A stretch of 64,000 nt of DNA from Cyanophora paradoxa CCMP329. Taxonomy: Eukaryota > Plantae > Glaucophyta. Under the pieces are notes generated by a model. That model worked only from the letters and a program-made list of their open reading frames with translations. It had not been told where the DNA came from and did no database searches. The stretch's first letter is position 1, and the number at the start of each line of letters is the position of its first letter. Location of the stretch: the NCBI GenBank assembly GCA_004431415.1, contig QPMI01000645.1, positions 1 through 64,000 on the forward strand. Reading direction: 5' to 3'. The translations under genes and the position numbers were made by a program. Of this stretch, positions 56,401 through 64,000 are shown one piece after another.

Positions 56401-58960
56401 GGTCGAGTAGCAGCGCGGGGCCGCGCGAGGCCGTGACGGACCTCGGGACGGAGGTAGAGCCCCGGGCTCCAGCCGGGGGGCGCTGCGTGCGAGCCAGCGG
56501 CCGGCCCGCCCTGCGCAAGCAGGTCAGGCGGCAGTGGCATGTCGAGCAGCAGCGCGGGGCCGCGCGAGGCCGTGACGGACCTCGGGGCGGAAGTGGGGCC
56601 CTGGGCTCCAGCCGGGGAGCGCTGTATGCGAGCCAGCGGACGGCCCGCCCTGTGCAAGCAGGTCAGGCGGCGGTGCCACGGTGGCGGGTCGAGCGGCGGC
56701 ACGGGGGCCGCGCAAGGCCGTGACGGACCTCGGGGCGGGGGCGGGGCCCTGGGCCCCAGCCGGAGAGTACCGCAGGCGAGACGGCGGTCGGCCCGCCCTG
56801 CGCAAGCAGGTTATGCGGTGGCGGCGGGTCGAGCAGCAGCGCGGGGCCGCGCGAGGCCGTGACGGACCTCGGGGCGGAGGTGGAGCCCTGGGCTCCAGCC
56901 GGAGAGTGCTGCGTGCGAGCCAGCGGCCGGCCCGCCCTGCGCAAGCAGGTCAGGCGGCGGCGGCGTGTCGAGCGGCAGCGCGGGGCCTCGCGAAGCCGTG
57001 ACGTACCTCGGGGCGGAGGCGGAGCCCTGGGCTCCAGCCGGGGAGCGCCGCAGGCGAGCCAGCGGTCGGCCCGCCCTGCGCAAGCAGGTTATGCGGCGGC
57101 GGAGGGTCGAGCGGCGGCGCGGGGCCGCGCTAGGCCGTGACGGACCTCGGGGCGGCGGTGGAGACCAAGGCTCCGGCCGGGGAGGGCTGCATGCGAGCCA
57201 GCGGTCGGCCCGCCCTGCGCAAGCAGGTTATGCGGCGGCGGCGGGTCGAGCGGCAGCGCGGGGCCGCGCGAGGCCGTGACGGACCTCGGGGCGGAGGTGG
57301 AGCCCTGGGCTCCAGCCGGAGAGCGCGGCAGGCGAGCCAGCGGCCGGCCTGCCCTGCGCAAGCAGGTCAGGCGGCAGCGGTGTGTCGAGCGGCGGCGCGG
57401 GGGTCGCGCGAGGCCGCTTCAGACCTCGGGGTGGAGGTGGGGCCCAAGGGCTCCAACCGGCGAATGTCGCAGGCGAGCCAGCGGTCGGCCCGCCCTGCGC
57501 AAGCAGGTCAGGCGGCGGCGGCAGGTCGCGCGGCGGCGCGGGGCCGCGCGAGGCTGTGACGGACCTCGGGGCGGAGGTGGGGCCCCAAGGGCTCCAGCCC
57601 GAGAGCGCCGCATGCGAGCCAGCGGCCGGCCCGCCCTGCGTAAGCAGGTCCGGCGGCGGCGGCGAGTCGAGCGGCGGTGCGGGGCCGCGCGAGGCCGTGA
57701 CGGACCTCGGGGCGGAGGTGAAGCCCAAGGCTCCAGCCGGAGAGCGCCGCAGGCGGGCCAGCGGCCGGCCCGCCCTGCGCAAGCAGGTCAGGCGGCGGCG
57801 GCGGGTCGAGCGGCGGCGCGGGGCCGTGCGAGGCCGTGACGGACCTCGGGGCGGAGGTGGAGCCCTGGGCTCCCGCCGGAGAGCGCGGTAGGCGAGCCAG
57901 CGGCCGGCCCGCCCTACGCAAGCAGGTTATGCGGCGGCGGCGGTCGAGCGCGGGCGTGGGGCCGCGCAAGGTCGTTTTCGGACCTCGGGGCGGGGCGGGG
58001 CCCGGGGCTCCAGCCGGGGAGCGCCGCAGGCGAGCCAGCGGTCGGCCCGCCCTGCGCAAGCAGGACAGGCGGCGGTGCCACGGTGGCGGGTTGAGCGGCG
58101 GTGCGGGGCCGCGCGAGGCCGTGACGGGCCTCGGGGCGGAGGTGGAGCCCAAGGGCTCCAGCCGGAGAGCGCGGCAGGCGAGCCAGCGGCCGGCCCGCCC
58201 TGCGCAAGCAGATCAGGCTGCGGCGGCGGGTCGAGCGGCGGTGCGGGGGCCGCGCGAGGCCGTGACGGACCTCGGGGCGGAGGCGGAGCCCTGGGCTCCA
58301 GCCGGAGAGCGCCGCAGGCGAGCCAGCGGTCGGCCCGCCCTGCGCAAGCAGGTCAGGCGGCGGCGGCGGGTGGCGCGGCGGTGCGGGGTCGTGCGAGGTC
58401 GTTTTCGGACCTCGGGGCGGAGGTGGAGCCCTGGGCTCCAGCCGGGGAGCGTCGCAGGCGCGCCAGCGGTCGGCCCGCCCTGTGCAAGCAGGTCAGGCGG
58501 CGGTGCCACGGTGGCGGGTCGAGCGGCGGCACGGGCCGCGCGAGGCCGTGACGGACCTCGGGGCGGAGGTGGAGACCAAGGCTCCAGCCGGAGAGCGCGG
58601 CAGGCGAGCCAGCGGCCGGCCCGCCCTGCGTAAGCAGGTCAGGCGGCGGCGGCGGGTCGAGCGGCGGCGCGGGGGCCGCGCAAGGTCGTGACGGACCTCG
58701 GGGCGGAGGCGGAGCCCTGGGCTCCAGCCGGGGAGCGCTGCGTGCGAGCCAGCGGCCGGCCCGCCCTGCGCAAGCAGGTCAGGCGGCGGCGGCGGGTGGC
58801 GCGGCGGTGCGGGGCCGCGCGAGGTCGTTTTCGGACCTCGGGACGGAGGTGGAGCCCTGGGCTCCAGCCGGGGAGTGCCGCAGGCGGGCCAGCGGCCGGC
58901 CCGCCCTGCGCAGGCAGGTCCGGCGGCGGCGGCGAGCCGAGCTGCGGTGCGGGGGCCCGG
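53445..58960 (-). repeat. 139-bp satellite of copy 2 (about 5 units shorter than in copy 1)
   Basis: Reverse complement of the 27530-33730 array; the element length difference of 689 bp is about 5 x 139. Confidence 0.9.
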
Positions 58961-59544
58961 GTTGCGCAAGGGTGCGGCGCGGATGCGCGGAAGGTCGCCA
59001 GCAGGCCGACTCGCAGCGAAATCTAGAGCGCAAGCGGGACCGTAGTCCGCAGCGTAACGCGCCACTGGGGCAGCGGCAGCACTGCGGTAGCGGAAGCGCC
59101 AGCCTGGCAGCTGCAGCTGCGGGCGCCGGCCGACTCGAGCTCGCACTGCGGCACTGCGGCTGTACTGCCACTGCAGACTGCGCATGCCGTGCGGCGCCGC
59201 AGCGGCGGCACTGCGGCAGCGGATCCCCGGAAGTGCCCGCCTCACTGAGTCAGCGGCCTGGCACTGCGGCAGTGAGACCGCGCGGCGCGGGACCGCGGGT
59301 CCGGCGGCTCCGGAGTCCGGAGTCCGGCCGGTACAACGGGTACGTCCGTTGTTTTTTGTTTTTTGTTTTTGTTTTTGTTTTAAGGTCGAGTCAATCCTTG
59401 AATCGACTAGAATTGACCAAAAACAAACAAAACACTCTGCGATCGCGATCGATCGCGAGGCTGTAGCGGTCGCGCCAGCAGCGCTAGCGCTAGCGGCTAG
59501 TCCGCAGCGAGCTCGAGACGCGCCAGCGGGCCGACTAATACTCG

Positions 59545-60870
59545 CAGCGCGCGTGCCAGCGAGAGCCGTAGCTATAGTCCGCAGCGTAACGCACTCCGAG
59601 TCCGGGGCCCGCAGCGCGCACGCTCGCGGGCCGTCTCGCAGCGGGGCGCACGCGAGGTCCGTACTCCGGCGTGAAGCTCTGGGGCCACAGCGCGACGCAC
59701 GCGGCCCCGGAACTCCGCGCACGGGGGTCCACAGCGACGAACGCTCGCGGGCCCATCTCACAGCGAGGCGCTCGCGAGATCCGTGCTCCTGGTGGAAGTT
59801 CGCCGGCCGCGGGTGCGGCCGGAATCCGCCGGGGCGGATCGGGCCACAGCGCTAGCGAGAGTCGCGCGCGGCCTCCGAACCCGAGTACAGGCCCACAGCG
59901 CGCACGCTCGCGGGCCGTCTCGCAGCGGGCGAGGCGCACGCGAGAGCCGTACTCCGGGGTGAAGCTCTAGATCTGGGGCCACAGCGAGACGCACGCGGCC
60001 CCGGAGCTCCGCGCACGGGGTCCACAGCGACGAACGCTCGCGGGCCCATCTCACAGCGAGGCGCTCGCGAGATCCGTGCTCCTGGTGGAAGCTCGCCGGC
60101 CGCGGGTGCGGCCGGGATCCGCCGGGGCGGATCGGGCCACAGCGAGAGTCGCGCGCGGCCTCCGAACTCCGAGTATATATATATATGTACAGGGCCACAG
60201 CGCGCACGCTCGCGGGCTGTCCCGCAGCGATCGAGGCGCACGCGAGAGCCGTACTCCGGGGTGAAGCTCTGGGCCACAGCGAGACGCACGCGGCCCCGGC
60301 CCGGAGCTCCGCGCACGGGGGCCCACGGCGACGAACGCTCGCGGGCCCATCTCACAGCGAGGCGCTCGCGAGACCCGTGCTCCTGGTCGAAGTTCGCCGG
60401 CCGCGGGCGCGGCCGGGGTCCGCCGGGGCGGAGCGGGCCGCAGCGAGAGTCGCGCGCGGCCTCCGAACTCCGAGTAGGGGCCCACAGCGCGAGGCGCACG
60501 CGGGCCGTCCCGCAGCGCGAGGCGCACGCGGGAGTCGAATTCGAAGGCCAGGTTGGGAGTTCGCCGGCCGCGGGAGCGGCCGGTGCCGCTGAAGCGGTCT
60601 GGGCCACAGCGGGGCGCACGCGGCCCCGGAACTCCTTGCACGGGGGCCCACAGCGACGAACGCACGCGGGCCCATCTCACAGCGAGGCGCTCGCGAGATC
60701 CGTGCTCCTGGTGGAAGTTCGCCGGCCGCGGTCGCGGCCGGAATCCGCCGGGGGATCGGGCCACAGCGAGAGTCGCGCGCGGCCTCCGAACTCCGAGTAC
60801 AGGGACCACAGCGCGAGGCGCACGCGGGCCGTCCCACAGCGCGAGGCGCACGCGAGAGCCGTACTAGTAC
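59545..60870 (-). repeat. ~300-bp tandem repeats of copy 2
   Basis: Reverse complement of 25615-26940. Confidence 0.85.
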
Positions 60871-61815
60871 TCCGTCGCCTCCCCGAGCCGCGCGAGCGGC
60901 TGGGCACCGTCCGTCGGTGGATCACGCGTAAGGCACGATCCAAGCCCCGACTTCGCGGTGGGTCTGCAGCGCGCGCGCCAGCAGGCCGGGGCAGTCCTGC
61001 GCGAGCTCCGCCGGCGTGGCACAGCGGCGGTGTCGACGTCCGGTGCGAGCGCCGAGGAGCTCCGGAGCATGCGTGCAGGAATTGGTCAGGGAACCGGAGG
61101 AATCGCGCGGCGGGTCTCAATACACGCTTATATAGAGTGTATAGGCAAGCCGGCGGCCGCGGACTGACGGTGGGCCCCCGGGATAGCCAGCGCGCGCGGA
61201 ATGCGAGCGTGGCGGGCGGGCCCGGACGTGAATCCACGTACCGGCACGGCAGTAAGGAACCAGATTCAAGCGTGAATCGGGGCCCGAGGCCGATTCCGGG
61301 AGGATCGCTGGGAACAGGGTTTGCGCCGGCCAGCCATCGAGGCATGCGCAGTTGCTGCCGCGGGATCGCGCTCCACTGCAGCTATGGCGAGCCGTGGTGC
61401 TGCAGAGTTGGTCAGCTCTGTGCAATTGGAGGGACGGCCGAGAAGTGCGGCCGCCGGTCCGACAGGGCTGCTTAGGAGTGACTGCAGTGCTGGCTGTGGC
61501 GATTTCGCTTCGCCGCTGGTCGCTTCGTGGCCTGGGGCGGCCGCGAGCGAAGCTGGGCGTGAAGGGAAACCCCGAATCAGCGTACCCCCCGGAGCTCGGC
61601 GGCTTCAAGCCCGCTGGCTCGGCCCAACGGCTAGCTCAGCTAGTCCCTTGAGGGGCGCTCGCAGCAGCCTGCTGCTAATCCCGTGCTCGCCTCGCGCCGC
61701 TTCCGCGGCTAGCGAGTCGCTCAGCTCTTTCGTGCCTGGCGCTCGGCTACGGTCTTCTTTGTTCGCATTCCGTCGGCGCAAAACTCGATTTACGCATTGA
61801 GAGCGCAAATCCCGA

Positions 61816-64000
61816 GCATCGCACAACCGCTGTACGATGTGCTCAAGCACCGCGACAAGCCTCGGGAACCAGGCGGGGCCCCGCAGTCCTTCGTGACGCT
61901 CTGGGACGATCGCTGCAGGGAGGCGTTCCGCACCCTCCAGACCGCCCTCATCGACGACGTCGCCCTCCCCTTCCCTCACTTCAACGACGCCGCGCGGCCG
62001 TTCATCGTGACAACGGACTGGAGCAAGCAGGCGATGGGCGCGATCTTGCACCAGGCCGACGACGCCGGCAACGTCCGGCCGCTCATGTTCTCCAGCCGCA
62101 CGAACGGCGACTCGGAGCGCAACTACGGCGCTGTGGAGGGGGAGGCGATGACGTTGCTGTGGGCTCTGAAACAGTGGACGCACTACTTCGAGTGCAACCA
62201 GCCGTTCGAGATCCACACGGATCACGAGCCGCTCCTCTCGCTCCGCAACACGTCGACGAGCCAGCCGCCCAACCGTTACCTCGCCAAGGTGGCCATGTAC
62301 CTGCAGGGTTACAACTACATCATCAAACACTGCAAGGGCACGACCAACGGCGCGGCAGATGCAATGTCGCGCGCCCCGCTGAACCACCCCGTCTACAACG
62401 GCGCGGCCGACGGCTCCGAAGACGCGCCAGGCGCCGCGCCCGGCGCCCGGGGCTTCGCGGTGCCGGTCCCTGGGGACCCGGACGAGCCCCTCGGGATGTA
62501 CTTCGTCCAGCTCCCCCGCGAAGACCCGGCGCGGGAGATGGCGAGCGTCGCAAGAACGGCGATCGAGGCGGCGCGCGTGCTGCGGGCCGAGAAGGAGCGC
62601 CGCCGCATCCGGCGGGTTCAGCAGAAGGAGGCACGCACGGGGAGAGCGCCGCGGGAGCTGCGCAACCTCGACTCCGCCCTCGGGCCAGCCTGGCGGAGCG
62701 CAGCGCAAGGGGGCCGACGGGACCCGCAAGAAGCCCCGGCGGCCCCGGCGCCGAGGCGGCCGCAGACAGCGCTCGACCGTAGCTTCGAGATTGCCGACCG
62801 GATGATCAGCTCGGGCATGTACCGCACGCGATCCTCTCAAGCGACCTCGACAGCAGCTCCGAGTGCAGTGGACGTCGACGAATGGTTGGCCCGGACGTTC
62901 CCCGACGGCCCGCCTGGTGACAAGCCAGCCACCTCGGCGCCGACGACGGCCGTGACGGAGGATGGGGGACCGCCGGTGCCGGTGGAGGCACCGCCGGCGA
63001 CAGCAGCACCACCCTCGGAGCTGCGCGCCGCCTCGCCCGGCGTAGATGAGGCGGACCCGGCGCCGACGGCCCAACCACCTGGACGGCGGCGGCGCGCCCT
63101 TCAGAACCTGGAATCCGACCTCGGCCCCGCATGGCAGCACCCCGACAATGCCGCCGCGACCAGCGGCCGTGCACGGTATCCGCGACGGGCTCAGCACCCG
63201 CCATCGTCCGCGGAGACGGGCCTCAACGCACTGGCGGAGCAGGCGGAACGGGTCAGCGAGGAGGCTGCACGCCGCCTCGCGGACCCTGCACCTCTGTCAG
63301 GCGCCGACCAGGAACATCTCGCGGACGGGCCGCCCCACGCGCCGCTCCAGTTCGACGCTGAGCACCCGAACCTGACGCCGCAAGTCTTTCGACCGGACGG
63401 GAGGCCCCGCTCGAAGCACTACAAGCGCCGCCAGCGCCGGTTCCTCAAGAAGTTCCTTGCGGGCCTCAAAGATTTCGAGGGGGAGCCGGCGACGGAGGAG
63501 CACCGTCGCCTGTACAACGAGGCGCAGCTCCGCCGCCGCCAGCTGCGGGGTTGGAAATCCCGTCAGGGACGGTATTCGGTCGCGCCTCCGTCCATTCCCG
63601 ACGCCGCCGGAGGGGAGAACGCCAACGGAGTAGGGGACGCCGCCGGGGACGCCGGCTCGTCAGGGGCATCACAGAGGGGAGGGGGGCAGCAGCGCGAGGA
63701 GCCGAAGTCGGACAACGGAGGCGAACGCAGCGATGACGACGAGACGGTCGAGCGGGTACCAAGCGGCTTCGTAGCACCTCTGCAGGGACCCGCAGGCGAC
63801 CGGGTCAGACCGCTGGACGTTATCGTCGAGGGTGAAGTGCGGGACGTCTGGGCGGAGGGCCACCGCAGGATCGTTGATCCCCCCCCTCCTGACAAGCTCA
63901 AGCGGTTCATGTCCGACGCGACGGCGATGGTCCTGGAGCAGCACAACGACCCGTGGTGCAAGCAGGTCCGGGAGTTCATCAACAACGGCGTTAACGCGGC
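61816..64000 (+). CDS. pol: pol part 2: RT thumb/connection, RNase H and a long linker; open to the window end
   Basis: Hand translation (not in the ORF track, which needs a stop): RIAQPLYDVLK...WDDRCREAFRTLQTAL...PFIVTTDWSKQAMGAILHQ...ERNYGAVEGEAM...FEIHTDHEPL...NGAADAMSR. Ends ...LEQHNDPWCKQVREFI, resembling the pre-integrase Q..D motif. Confidence 0.92.

Larger units (their letters stand above)
50945..61815 (-). mobile_element. Non-autonomous split-direct-repeat element copy 2 (10,871 bp), inverted relative to copy 1
   Basis: Reverse complement of 24670-36229 with the same termini (B2' 50945-51502, A2' 52149-52465, B1' 52466-53023, A1' 61499-61815). Removal gives GCC C|GC ATC = NYA-R-IAQPL with no TSD. 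Confidence 0.88.
21526..64000 (+). mobile_element. Giant Ty3/gypsy (Metaviridae) LTR retrotransposon, 3' part outside the window, with two nested insertions
   Basis: Collinear LTR-end/PBS, gag, CCHC knuckle, retropepsin, RT (YVDD) and RNase H on the + strand. About 20.0 kb of element sequence remains after subtracting the two insertions, with no integrase reached yet. Left boundary inferred. Confidence 0.9.

Noticed and set aside
24670-61815. A single 37-kb element with 11-kb terminal inverted repeats (Polinton-like, linear-plasmid-like or composite transposon)
   Set aside because: The core is continuous in frame with both outer flanks (gag at left, RT/RNase H at right), so the arms are two independent insertions; no pPolB, capsid or transposase is visible.
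61605-63197. 530-aa minus-strand ORF
   Set aside because: Antisense shadow of the RNase H region running into repeat A.

Overview
GC-rich, intron-dense eukaryotic DNA, probably an alga or protist; many introns are short with GC-AG ends. The first ~21 kb holds host genes: an LRR-coiled-coil-RING gene with a frameshift, a spliced gene made of tandem Rho-type RNA-binding OB domains, TBP and SLY1 head-to-head with 58 bp between the start codons, a secreted triple-FN3-like protein, a stand-alone Sin3-type PAH protein and two partial gene duplicates. From ~21.5 kb to the end of the window is one giant Ty3/gypsy LTR retrotransposon. It is interrupted twice, in opposite orientations and without target-site duplication, by an ~11 kb non-coding element with split direct repeats (A-satellites-B-A-B; TOC1/PAT/Ngaro-like). 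Removing both insertions restores the reading frames exactly. This gives a 5,042-aa ORF1 (Gag, CCHC knuckle, ~4,100 aa of unknown sequence, aspartic protease) with two ubiquitin-tail LRLRGG motifs. A predicted -1 frameshift (C CCT TTT plus pseudoknot) after the protease leads into RT and RNase H; the integrase lies beyond the window. The B|A junction of the inserted element is an inverted-arm site with a 6-bp spacer, duplicated in tandem, whose geometry resembles a tyrosine-recombinase site. All calls were made by eye from the sequence; no database searches were run.
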